The translations under genes were made by a program, and so were the position numbers. The notes under the pieces were generated by a model that was given only the letters and a program-made list of their open reading frames with translations, was not told the origin of the DNA and did no database searches. Positions 55,870 to 64,000 of a DNA stretch of 64,000 bases are shown here, piece after piece. The first letter of the stretch is position 1. Every line of letters begins with the position of its first letter. This stretch comes from a virus (lineage: Duplodnaviria; Caudoviricetes), in IMG/VR virus record IMGVR_UViG_3300025840_004398. The stretch is one strand, 5' to 3'.

Positions 55870-56529
55870 ATGATAAACCGTTACGATGAAAAGAAGCTTG
55901 AAGAAAACTACAACAAGTTTTTAGAAGCTATTAAAAAGTCTTTTAGTGGAGAAAGACTTGAAAAATTACTCCATATGTATTCGATGGATGAATTAGGTCC
56001 TAACCTAATGTTATCTCCAGCGAGTGGAAATCAATTTTATCACAACTCTTACGAAGGTGGGTATATTGACCATGTTATGAATGTGGCAAGAAACTCACTT
56101 CGTATGCAGAAACTTTACCAAGAAGCTGGTGGTATTATTGATTACGAACAAGAAGAACTCCTATTTTGTGCATTTCACCATGACCTTGGTAAACTTGGTG
56201 TAAAAGGTGAGATGAATTATGCTTTAAATGATAGTGATTGGCACATCAAAAATCGTGGTGATAACTATAAAAGAAATGAAGCTATCACCTATATGTCAAT
56301 CACCGATAGAACTTTCTTCACTTTACAAGATTATGGTATTCGATATAATGAAAACGAATACTTTGGTATCCAACTAACTGATGGTATTTTTGATGATGAT
56401 AATATCAAATACTACAAAACTTATGATAAGTCAAAATACCTTAAAACAAACATTCAGTTTATTTTACATTGGGCTGATTGGATGTCTACTACAATAGAAA
56501 GAGACCAAGAAATTAAAGCACCGTTTTAA
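55870..56529 (+). CDS. HD-domain phosphohydrolase
   Basis: PASG..FYHNSYEGGYIDHVMNV...AFHHDLGK...ILHWADWMS. Confidence 0.85.
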   Translation: MINRYDEKKLEENYNKFLEAIKKSFSGERLEKLLHMYSMDELGPNLMLSPASGNQFYHNSYEGGYIDHVMNVARNSLRMQKLYQEAGGIIDYEQEELLFCAFHHDLGKLGVKGEMNYALNDSDWHIKNRGDNYKRNEAITYMSITDRTFFTLQDYGIRYNENEYFGIQLTDGIFDDDNIKYYKTYDKSKYLKTNIQFILHWADWMSTTIERDQEIKAPF

Positions 56530-56732
56530 TGAATGTAGAAGAACTTTGGTTTTTCAGTAATAGATTACGAGGTGAATCACACCCATCTGCAAAACTAACA
56601 AACGAACAAGTTAGAAAAATAAGAGAACTCTATAACCAAGGGTTCTCTACAAATGTTATTGCTCGAAATTTCAAAGTGAGTAAGTGGAACGTAGAACAAA
56701 TAGTTAAAAACAAAACTTGGACACACTTATGA
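56529..56732 (+). CDS. Small helix-turn-helix protein (resembles the C-terminal DNA-binding module of phage HNH endonucleases)
   Basis: RGESHPSAKLTNEQVRKIR...IARNFKVSKWNVEQIVKNKTWTHL. Confidence 0.7.
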   Translation: MNVEELWFFSNRLRGESHPSAKLTNEQVRKIRELYNQGFSTNVIARNFKVSKWNVEQIVKNKTWTHL

Positions 56733-57112
56733 TGAGTTTGATAGATGCAATCAAAGAATCTAAACGATTAGAAAAACAAAAAGGATATCATAAGATAATT
56801 TATAGGGTATATGACCCTCACCAAAATAATGAATTGGTTTATGTTGGTATTGGTGGTAGAGGTAAACGAAAAGGTTCTGGTAGATTAGAAGAACACAACT
56901 CAAATCATTATACTAATTTTAGAACAAGATATGTTATATTGGAAGGTTTAAAAGAACGAGAAGATATGCAGATAAAAGAAATGTGTGATAGATGGGATAA
57001 TCTAAAATGGGAATTTGATTTATATGATGAAGAAACTAATGTTAAAGATATAGAACAAAAACTTATTGTAGAAAATTCACCAAGATACAATATAGATGGT
57101 AAACTAAAATAA
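56729..57112 (+). CDS. GIY-YIG-like nuclease
   Basis: IIYRVYD...LVYVGIG...RLEEH...IEQKLI...PRYN; start at ATG 56729 (ATGA overlap). Confidence 0.6.
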   Translation: MMSLIDAIKESKRLEKQKGYHKIIYRVYDPHQNNELVYVGIGGRGKRKGSGRLEEHNSNHYTNFRTRYVILEGLKEREDMQIKEMCDRWDNLKWEFDLYDEETNVKDIEQKLIVENSPRYNIDGKLK

Positions 57113-57118
57113 AAAATT

Positions 57119-57472
57119 ATGTCAGGAGCTTATGGATTTTCAATAAACTTAGAATTTGTTTCAGATACCAAAGATTTGGTTAATGATATAAAAGAAATTA
57201 TTAACGATAATTCTAATGAATCTATTATCTTAAAAGAAACTTTACTTGATGAAGAAATTGAAGATGGTAATGTGGTTTTCTTTGGTGATAATGAAGATAC
57301 TTGGAGACATCCTTATCAAGAAGAAGTTATTAATAAACTTAAAGAAATATCAAAAAAATATAATGGATATTTTGTTGGTGACTTTGAGTGGCACTTTCAT
57401 GAAGATGATATTACTGAAAGGTATTGTTTCACAGAAGGTGGTGAGATAACAAAAGATTACATAGAAGATTAG
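57119..57472 (+). CDS. Hypothetical acidic protein
   Basis: 117-aa ORF, tightly packed. Confidence 0.6.
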   Translation: MSGAYGFSINLEFVSDTKDLVNDIKEIINDNSNESIILKETLLDEEIEDGNVVFFGDNEDTWRHPYQEEVINKLKEISKKYNGYFVGDFEWHFHEDDITERYCFTEGGEITKDYIED

Positions 57473-58191
57473 TGGAGTTAAACAAAATATATAATGAAGA
57501 TTGCTTGGTTACTCTTTCTAAAATGGAAGATAACTCAGTAGACCTTATTGTTACTTCACCTCCATATAATAAAAACTTTTGGAACAAAGGTAGGGAACGA
57601 AGAGGAATAGATTTTATTAGAAAAATAGAATACTCTACTTATGATGATAATTTACCACAAGAGGAATATGTTGAGTGGCAGAAGAAAGTGATTAGTGAAT
57701 GTCTAAGAGTATTAAAACCAACAGGTTCTCTTTTCTATAATCACATAGATATAATGTCAGAGCACTTAACTATTCATCCAACTTGGGTATATGACTTCCC
57801 ACTTAAACAAATTATTATTTGGGATAAGTGTGGGACACCAAAGATTGATAAATCTTATTTCATGCCATTTACAGAATGGATATTTTGGATTAAGAAAGAA
57901 AAAGATTCTATACCTTACTTTGATAGAAACAATGCCCTCTTTAAGAAAAACATTTGGTCAATACCAAGAAGTCAAGAATCCAACCATCCAGCTCCATTTT
58001 CGGAAAAGATGGTAGAAAATGTGGTCTTATCTTGTAGTAAAGAAGGTGATGTAGTTTATGACCCATTTATGGGTAGTGGAACAACTTACAAAGTGAGTAG
58101 AAAACATAACCGAAATGTAATCGGTAGTGAGATTAGTGAAGAATATACCAAACTTGGTGAAAGTAAAGTAAATAAACATAAATTCTTTTGA
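57472..58191 (+). CDS. DNA methyltransferase, beta class (N4-C/N6-A)
   Basis: DLIVTSPPY...HPAPFS...VYDPFMGSGTT; GTG start. Confidence 0.92.
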   Translation: MELNKIYNEDCLVTLSKMEDNSVDLIVTSPPYNKNFWNKGRERRGIDFIRKIEYSTYDDNLPQEEYVEWQKKVISECLRVLKPTGSLFYNHIDIMSEHLTIHPTWVYDFPLKQIIIWDKCGTPKIDKSYFMPFTEWIFWIKKEKDSIPYFDRNNALFKKNIWSIPRSQESNHPAPFSEKMVENVVLSCSKEGDVVYDPFMGSGTTYKVSRKHNRNVIGSEISEEYTKLGESKVNKHKFF

Positions 58192-59027
58192 TGGAAATAA
58201 ACACAATATATAACGAGGATTGTTTAGAAACTATGAAGAAGATGGAGAATAACTCTATTGACTTGGTAGTTACATCACCACCTTATGCGGATAGAAGAAA
58301 AACAACTTATGGTGGTATTCATCCTGATAATTATGTTGAGTGGTGGTTGGGAATCAGTAAAGAAGTTCAACGAGTTTTAAAACCAACTGGTTCTTTTGTG
58401 GTGAATATAAAAGAAAATGTAGTTGATGGTGAAAGACACACTTATGTTTTAGAATTGATTATTGCAATGAGAAAACAAGGTTGGTTATGGACAGAAGAAT
58501 ATATGTGGCATAAGAAAAACTCATTTCCTGGTTATTGGCCAAATCGTTTAAGAGATGGGTGGGAAAGACTCTTACATTTTACGAAAGATAAAAAGTTTAA
58601 TATGTATCAAGACCAAGTTAAAGTTCCTATTGGTGATTGGGCAAAAACAAGACTTGAAAATCCAACTGAATATGATAAAGAAAGACAAGAATCGTCAGTT
58701 GGTAGTGGGTTTGGTGTAAAAAGAGCAAATTGGGTAGATAAAGATTTAGTATTACCAAATAATGTATTACATATATCAGCAGAAGCTGGTAATAAATCTC
58801 ATTCTGCAGCATTTCCTGAAAAATTACCCGAGTTTTTTATTAAATTATTTACTCAACCAAATGATATAGTTTATGACCCTTTTATGGGTAGTGGAACAAC
58901 TGCTAAAGTTGCAATAGACTTAAATAGAAACTTTATTGGTAGTGAATTATCAGAAGAATACTGCGAAGTTGCTAACAAAAGAATAAATCAAAACGAAAAT
59001 ACGAGGAAATTTTTTGAATGGAAATAA
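58188..59027 (+). CDS. DNA methyltransferase, beta class (N4-C/N6-A)
   Basis: DLVVTSPPY...HSAAFPEKL...VYDPFMGSGTT. Confidence 0.92.
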   Translation: MMEINTIYNEDCLETMKKMENNSIDLVVTSPPYADRRKTTYGGIHPDNYVEWWLGISKEVQRVLKPTGSFVVNIKENVVDGERHTYVLELIIAMRKQGWLWTEEYMWHKKNSFPGYWPNRLRDGWERLLHFTKDKKFNMYQDQVKVPIGDWAKTRLENPTEYDKERQESSVGSGFGVKRANWVDKDLVLPNNVLHISAEAGNKSHSAAFPEKLPEFFIKLFTQPNDIVYDPFMGSGTTAKVAIDLNRNFIGSELSEEYCEVANKRINQNENTRKFFEWK

Positions 59028-59869
59028 ACAAAATACATAATGGAGACATATTAAAAATGTTTTCTAAAACACCTGACAACTTTGTTGATTTAATTGTAAC
59101 ATCACCACCTTACAATGTTGGTATTAATTATTCCGATTGGGATGATACTTTACCACCTGAAGAATATTATGATTGGTGTGAAAAGTGGTTAAAAGAATGT
59201 TACAGAACACTTAAACCTGATGGTAGGATTGTAATTAACATTCCGTATGAAACCAACTTTAAAGATAGGGGTGGTAGACAATTCTTCATTGCAGAGTTTT
59301 GGCAAATTATGAAAAAAGTTGGTTTTAATTTTTTTGGTATTGTTGATTTAGTAGAACCATCTACTCATAGAACGAAGAAAACCGCTTGGGGTAGTTGGAT
59401 GTCTGCATCAGGTCCTTTTGTATGTAATTCAAAAGAAGGATTGGTATTAGGATATAAAGAATCACCAGTTAAATTAGAAAAAGGTGAATCGCAATGGGAA
59501 TATGAAGAAGTTGATGTTCTTGGTAAAATGAAAAAAGTTTACAAACAAGAAGATAAAGATGAGTTTATGGAGTTGGTATTTGCAGAGTGGAAGTATTTTG
59601 CAGATACAAGGTCTTTAACTACTGCAACTTTCTCAGAAGATATACCTGCAAAAGCTATTAAGATATTCACTTACAAAGATGATTTAGTATTGGATTGTTT
59701 TAGTGGTAGTGGAACTACCGCTTTATCCGCTAAGAAATTAGGTAGAAATTATTTAGGATTTGAAATATCACCAGAATATCACAAAATATCAGAGAAAAGA
59801 TTACACGACTATGATGTTCTACAAGAAGTAGAAAGAAAGTCAAAAGATTTCTTTGATTATCAAAAATAA
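59018..59869 (+). CDS. DNA methyltransferase, beta class (N4-C/N6-A)
   Basis: DLIVTSPPY...ATFSEDIP...VLDCFSGSGTT. Confidence 0.92.
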   Translation: MEINKIHNGDILKMFSKTPDNFVDLIVTSPPYNVGINYSDWDDTLPPEEYYDWCEKWLKECYRTLKPDGRIVINIPYETNFKDRGGRQFFIAEFWQIMKKVGFNFFGIVDLVEPSTHRTKKTAWGSWMSASGPFVCNSKEGLVLGYKESPVKLEKGESQWEYEEVDVLGKMKKVYKQEDKDEFMELVFAEWKYFADTRSLTTATFSEDIPAKAIKIFTYKDDLVLDCFSGSGTTALSAKKLGRNYLGFEISPEYHKISEKRLHDYDVLQEVERKSKDFFDYQK

Positions 59870-59879
59870 TCGATAAATA

Positions 59880-59911
59880 TTTGGATATATCATATTTTTT
59901 TCGTATATTTG
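59880..59911 (+). promoter_or_regulatory. Bacteroidota-type sigma promoter (TTTG-N20-TATATTTG)
   Basis: Upstream of the SF2 helicase gene. Confidence 0.8.
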
Positions 59912-59942
59912 AGTATAATAATTGATAAGATATAAAAGATAA

Positions 59943-62225
59943 ATGATTTCAGATAGATTTAAACATCTTAAAAACTTAGGTTATCAAACCTTTGACAAAC
60001 CAAGAATGTTTCTTTATTCTTGGCACGAAGATAACGATGAAACTAAAATGGGAGAACATTGGGTTTTACCTGGTGTTGACCCTGTTGAAGATATCCTAAA
60101 GTATATTCGTCAATCTATGGCAAGAAGAAAGGATAAGTTCGATGATGGAACTGTCCAAGTTTCTCGTATATGGGATGTTTCTGAATTTGCTAAAAGTATA
60201 GACAGATTCAGACCTAATAGTAAGGTTGATGATGTTGTTAGAAAATATGTTGGTTATGTAAAACAAAGTGAGGTTCACTCTTTAAACTTCATTCTTCTTA
60301 ACAACAAAGTTCAAGAGTTTTTGGTTAAACAAAACCAACCCCTTCCAATAGTAAATCTTTCTACTGACCAATACTTTTCAGTTTATGAAACTGTTCAGGC
60401 AATCAAAGAAGGTAAAAGAAGATTACTTGGTGAGAAGTGTGCTAGATTTGGTAAAACAATTTACTCATCTGCAGTTGCTACCGAAATTGGTAGTGAGTTT
60501 ATTATTGTTTCAAGTTATGTAAAGACAGTTCATTCTTCATTTGAAACTGATATCAACTCGTTTGACCAATTCAAAGAATATCACCACATAAATTCTCAAG
60601 ATAAAGATTACAAAGAAAAAATAGAATCACTCCTTAAACAAGGAAAAAAAGTGGTTGTTTATCTTTCTTTAGTTGGTGGTACTTCACGAGATGAAAGAAT
60701 CGAATACTTGTTCAACTTACCTAAACAAAAGTTTGTTGTGGTTGATGAGGCCGATTTCGGTGCTCACCAAAAGAAACAAACCGAAGTTTTACAAAAGTTT
60801 GTTAAGAAAGATGATATTGTTTATCTATTGACAGGTACTAATTCCGATAGAGCTTCTTCTACTTGGGATATTGACCACATGAACTCAAAGACTTACTTTG
60901 AATTGTTGGTAAGTAGAAAAGAATCAGAAGAACTTATTAAGAAAGGAATCAACCCAATATCAAATCCATTAGGACTTAACTACTTCTCTATGGATAAGAC
61001 ACGAGATACTCTTTACCCAAAAGTAAAAGGATATCAAGTAGATTTAATTTCTTCAGTAAATAAGGCAATCAAACTTGAACGATTGGAAGATGAAGATTTT
61101 AAGTTACTTCCATCTTGGACAAAGTTTGTTTCTCACCCACTTAAATCTAAAGGTTGGTATGTAACTCTTTTAGAGGCAATGTTCAAAGGCAAACATAGTT
61201 TGAATAATACGAATATTGATTACCAACTTGAAGAAACAACTTCTCGTAGAATTGCAATGATGTTTTTTCCAGATAACACTCGTAAAGAACACCTTGATGT
61301 GATTGGTAACATTACTCAACAAACTTTACCAGAATATGAAGTGGTTATTCTTAATGGAAACACCACCACTCAAAAGAAGGCTGAGGCTAAAGTTAAGAAG
61401 GTTATCGAAGAAAATCCAACCAAATCAATTCTTATTTTATCTGCTAAAATGGCTCAAAGGTCATTCTCAATCAAACAACTTGATGAGTTGTACCTTTGTT
61501 ATGATAAAGGACAGAATGGGGCAACAATTCAAAAGATGTCAAGAGCCCTTACTCCTAATGATGATAAGAAAGTTGGTAAGATTATCTCACTTTCATTTGA
61601 CCCCAATAGAGATGATAAGTTTGATGCTCTTTTAGTTGAAACTGCACTTAACTTATTAAAATCTAAAAAACCAAGTGAAACTGATATTAGAGAACAACTC
61701 AAGAGAATTCTTGGTTCGATTGATATATTTTCTTGTACCGAAGATGGTTCGATTCCAATTGATGTTGATACCTTTGTAGAATCATCGTTACAACGAAAAA
61801 CCATTTCACGAGTTATGGGTAACAAAACCGATGTAAGTGGAATTCCAAATGATATTTTAGTTGCACTTGCACAAGGTAAGATTGATTATGTAAAAAATCA
61901 AATTCAAAGTAAGGCAATCGTTGGTAAGACTAAAGAATCGGAAAAGAAACCAACTAAAGGTACGAGAGAAGTCAAACCAGCAACACAAGTTCAGATTCAA
62001 AAGGTAAGAGAAATGATGGTTACTATTTATGAGAACTCTGATATTCTTCTTAAAAGTGCAAAACAATTAGGAGCAAATAATATGATTGATTCATTTAGAG
62101 TATTTGAAGAACAAGGTTGGGAAGATGATATTACCAAAGAGTTTGAAGTTGATTATGATATCATCAAGTGGTTGTTTGTTACTGAAAAGATTAATTCAAA
62201 TTGGGTAAATTATTTACACAATTAA
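59943..62225 (+). CDS. Superfamily 2 helicase/ATPase (restriction-enzyme Res-subunit-like)
   Basis: CARFGKT (motif I), VVVDEADFGAH (motif II), LLTGT (motif III), IQKMSRALT (motif VI). Confidence 0.75.
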   Translation: MISDRFKHLKNLGYQTFDKPRMFLYSWHEDNDETKMGEHWVLPGVDPVEDILKYIRQSMARRKDKFDDGTVQVSRIWDVSEFAKSIDRFRPNSKVDDVVRKYVGYVKQSEVHSLNFILLNNKVQEFLVKQNQPLPIVNLSTDQYFSVYETVQAIKEGKRRLLGEKCARFGKTIYSSAVATEIGSEFIIVSSYVKTVHSSFETDINSFDQFKEYHHINSQDKDYKEKIESLLKQGKKVVVYLSLVGGTSRDERIEYLFNLPKQKFVVVDEADFGAHQKKQTEVLQKFVKKDDIVYLLTGTNSDRASSTWDIDHMNSKTYFELLVSRKESEELIKKGINPISNPLGLNYFSMDKTRDTLYPKVKGYQVDLISSVNKAIKLERLEDEDFKLLPSWTKFVSHPLKSKGWYVTLLEAMFKGKHSLNNTNIDYQLEETTSRRIAMMFFPDNTRKEHLDVIGNITQQTLPEYEVVILNGNTTTQKKAEAKVKKVIEENPTKSILILSAKMAQRSFSIKQLDELYLCYDKGQNGATIQKMSRALTPNDDKKVGKIISLSFDPNRDDKFDALLVETALNLLKSKKPSETDIREQLKRILGSIDIFSCTEDGSIPIDVDTFVESSLQRKTISRVMGNKTDVSGIPNDILVALAQGKIDYVKNQIQSKAIVGKTKESEKKPTKGTREVKPATQVQIQKVREMMVTIYENSDILLKSAKQLGANNMIDSFRVFEEQGWEDDITKEFEVDYDIIKWLFVTEKINSNWVNYLHN

Positions 62226-62257
62226 TTTGGATATTACAGACAAATTTTGTATATTTG
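62226..62257 (+). promoter_or_regulatory. Bacteroidota-type sigma promoter (TTTG-N20-TATATTTG)
   Basis: Upstream of ORF 62289. Confidence 0.8.
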
Positions 62258-62288
62258 TCAAAGATAAGTTTTAAAAGATAAAAGATAA

Positions 62289-63413
62289 ATGGTTTCAAGA
62301 TTAAAGTTTGATATTGGTAATGAAATTGATAAACAACTTTCATATTTACCTACTTATATATGGGAATCTGATAGTACCACTTTTTGTGATTTAAACATGG
62401 CAGGAGGTCAGTTTATTCAAAAGGTTGGTGAATGGTTAAGAAAGTATGGTCACTCTGATGATAATATCAGAAAAAGAGTTTTTGGATTTTCAGAAAAACC
62501 TCTATACTTATCCTATATAAAATCCAATCCTTCTTTAATTGGAACATTTGACATATACAATGAGAATATTACTATGAAATTTGATGTACAACTTGGAAAT
62601 GACCCATATCAAAAGTCAGTCGGGCCAAAAAAGACAGAACCAATATGGGATGACCTCATTATAAAAAGAATATCATTGTTAAACGAAGGTGGATTTTTAG
62701 CATTGATACACCCATCTGGTTGGAGAAATGTTGATGGTAGATTTAAACATATTCAAGATTTATTTAAATCCAAACAAATACATTATTTAGAAATGCACGA
62801 TACAAATGATGGTTTAAAGACATTTGGATATGCAACTAGATATGATTTATATGTTATTCAAAATTTACTATCTTATAAAAAATCTAAAATTAAATTTGAA
62901 GATGGGATAGAAATGGATTTAGATGTTTCTAAAATGAATTTTATACCTAATAGATATTCGAAAGTTATAGAAAATATTATATATAATGGAGTTGGTGATA
63001 AAGTAAATGTATTATATAGTCGTTCTGATTACGGTAGTGATAAACCTCATATGAACAATGAAAAAACTAATGAATTTAAATATCCATGTATTCAAAATGT
63101 TAATGTAAATGATGATATAAGTTGTACTTGGTATTCTAATACTAAATCTAAAGGACACTTTGGTATTCCTAAAGTTATTTTTGGTAGAAAAAGCTCTGGT
63201 GTATTTTTTGATAAAAATGGAGATTATGGGTTATCACAAGATTGTGCTGCCATTATAGATTCTAATGAAAATTTAGAAAAAATATTTAAAGTTTTAAAAA
63301 GTGAAAATTTCATAGAATTTATGAAGTATTTTGATTTTGGTGGAGTCAATGATAGATATAATAGAAAAATTATAGCAGAATTCAAAAAAGATTTTTGGAA
63401 AGAGTTTATATAA
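62289..63413 (+). CDS. Eco57I-like N6-adenine methyltransferase with target-recognition domain (variant motifs)
   Basis: FCDLNMAGGQF (motif I variant), FDVQLGNDPYQ (NPPY variant), GGFLALIHPSGW, GIPKVIF. Confidence 0.7.
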   Translation: MVSRLKFDIGNEIDKQLSYLPTYIWESDSTTFCDLNMAGGQFIQKVGEWLRKYGHSDDNIRKRVFGFSEKPLYLSYIKSNPSLIGTFDIYNENITMKFDVQLGNDPYQKSVGPKKTEPIWDDLIIKRISLLNEGGFLALIHPSGWRNVDGRFKHIQDLFKSKQIHYLEMHDTNDGLKTFGYATRYDLYVIQNLLSYKKSKIKFEDGIEMDLDVSKMNFIPNRYSKVIENIIYNGVGDKVNVLYSRSDYGSDKPHMNNEKTNEFKYPCIQNVNVNDDISCTWYSNTKSKGHFGIPKVIFGRKSSGVFFDKNGDYGLSQDCAAIIDSNENLEKIFKVLKSENFIEFMKYFDFGGVNDRYNRKIIAEFKKDFWKEFI

Positions 63414-63886
63414 TGATTCAAGAATATATAGAACACAGTAGAAACCGTGAGTATATGAGCGGTATAGAAAGAGATAAACTTCGTGTAAAACAAACTGCTG
63501 AAGTATTTACTCCAACATCAGAGGTTCAAAAAGTATTGGATAAACTTGAAGATGAAAATAAAGAACTATTTTCAAATCCAACTAAAACATTTATAGATTC
63601 TTCGTGTGGAGATGGTCAATTCCTTTCAGAAGTCATCATCAGAAAAATGGAAAGAAGCCATTGTACATTAGAACAAGCCCTTTCTACAACTTATGGGGTA
63701 GAACTCATGGAAGATAATGTAAAGTTATGTAAAGAAAGATTGGCAGGACCAAATCCAACACAAGAAATTTTGGATATACTTGATAAAAACATTGTTTGTG
63801 CAGATGCACTTACATACCATTATAGATTCGATGGAACACCATCAGAAATGACAAATACAGAAGTTACACTAAATAAATTTATATAA
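63413..63886 (+). CDS. Short N6-adenine methyltransferase-like protein (SAM-binding half only)
   Basis: TAEVFTP, FIDSSCGDGQFL, TYGVELMEDNV, NIVCADAL; no NPPY/DPPY motif before the stop. Confidence 0.7.
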   Translation: MIQEYIEHSRNREYMSGIERDKLRVKQTAEVFTPTSEVQKVLDKLEDENKELFSNPTKTFIDSSCGDGQFLSEVIIRKMERSHCTLEQALSTTYGVELMEDNVKLCKERLAGPNPTQEILDILDKNIVCADALTYHYRFDGTPSEMTNTEVTLNKFI

Positions 63887-63887
63887 T

Positions 63888-64000
63888 TTGTACCAAAATA
63901 TTTATTACCAAAGAGAAAAGAATCTAATCCATGTTTGGGATGATACTCGTGGTTATTTCACAATGCCATATACTCGATATGCATACGAAAGAGCTGAACG
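63888..64000 (+). CDS. Probable N-terminus of a family B DNA polymerase (3'-truncated by window)
   Basis: TTG start; (M)YQNIYYQREKNLIHVWDDTRGYFTMPYTRYAYERAE resembles N-termini of large-phage PolB. Only 37 codons are visible. Confidence 0.4.
   Translation, partial: MYQNIYYQREKNLIHVWDDTRGYFTMPYTRYAYERAE

Noticed and set aside
87-63493. All minus-strand ORFs in the track, and short + strand ORFs nested in other frames (e.g. 5008, 7516, 37696, 51106, 57246, 57791, 61303)
   Set aside because: They lie wholly within strong + strand genes, have shadow-like composition, and have no motifs or start signals.
1-64000. Stop-codon reassignment as in Lak or some crAss-like phages
   Set aside because: Genes are full-length and densely packed in code 11, and TAG (e.g. 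57470-57472) and TGA (e.g. 23277-23279) act as real stops.
1-64000. tRNA, rRNA or tmRNA genes
   Set aside because: No intergenic gap shows cloverleaf or T-loop (GTTCRA) architecture by eye; tRNAscan-SE or Infernal would be needed to exclude them formally.

Overview
AT-rich 64 kb segment of a large dsDNA tailed phage with a contractile tail (myovirus). Essentially all genes are on the + strand and read in genetic code 11. The host is very probably Bacteroidota: ten intergenic sites match the Bacteroidota primary-sigma promoter (TTTG/TTAG, exactly 20 bp, TAnnTTT[G/A]), and there is an Hc1-like nucleoid protein gene. Layout: 1-19.1 kb is an array of tail-fibre/adhesin genes (three peptidase-S74 chaperone domains, gp37/Mtd-N-like anchors, delta-60 propellers, a GT4-like glycosyltransferase, a Hint-domain protein). 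19.5-31.2 kb is the sheath, tube, tail chaperone, tape measure and baseplate module. 31.2-46.6 kb is an accessory region (small early genes, compact PolA, lipoprotein nuclease, HNH, 2OG-Fe(II) oxygenases, thyA). 47-57 kb holds replication and nucleotide metabolism genes (gp32-like SSB, RecA, 5'-3' exonuclease, DnaB-like helicase, NrdB/NrdA, MazG, thioredoxin, HD). 57.5-63.9 kb has five methyltransferase-type genes around an SF2 helicase, followed by a probable PolB start. The most striking observation is the 668-aa ORF at 44411-46417: a circularly permuted ATP-grasp-like domain, then Hint domain 1, a 29-residue six-Cys aromatic peptide, and Hint domain 2. This looks like a self-excising, possibly self-cyclising peptide cassette fused to its own ligase. 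Other notable items are a probable +1/-2 tail-chaperone frameshift, a second TAYTTATA promoter class paired with Shine-Dalgarno use, and a candidate pseudoknot upstream of the SSB gene. All family calls come from motif recognition by eye, not database searches. No tRNA, rRNA, CRISPR array or transposase was recognised.
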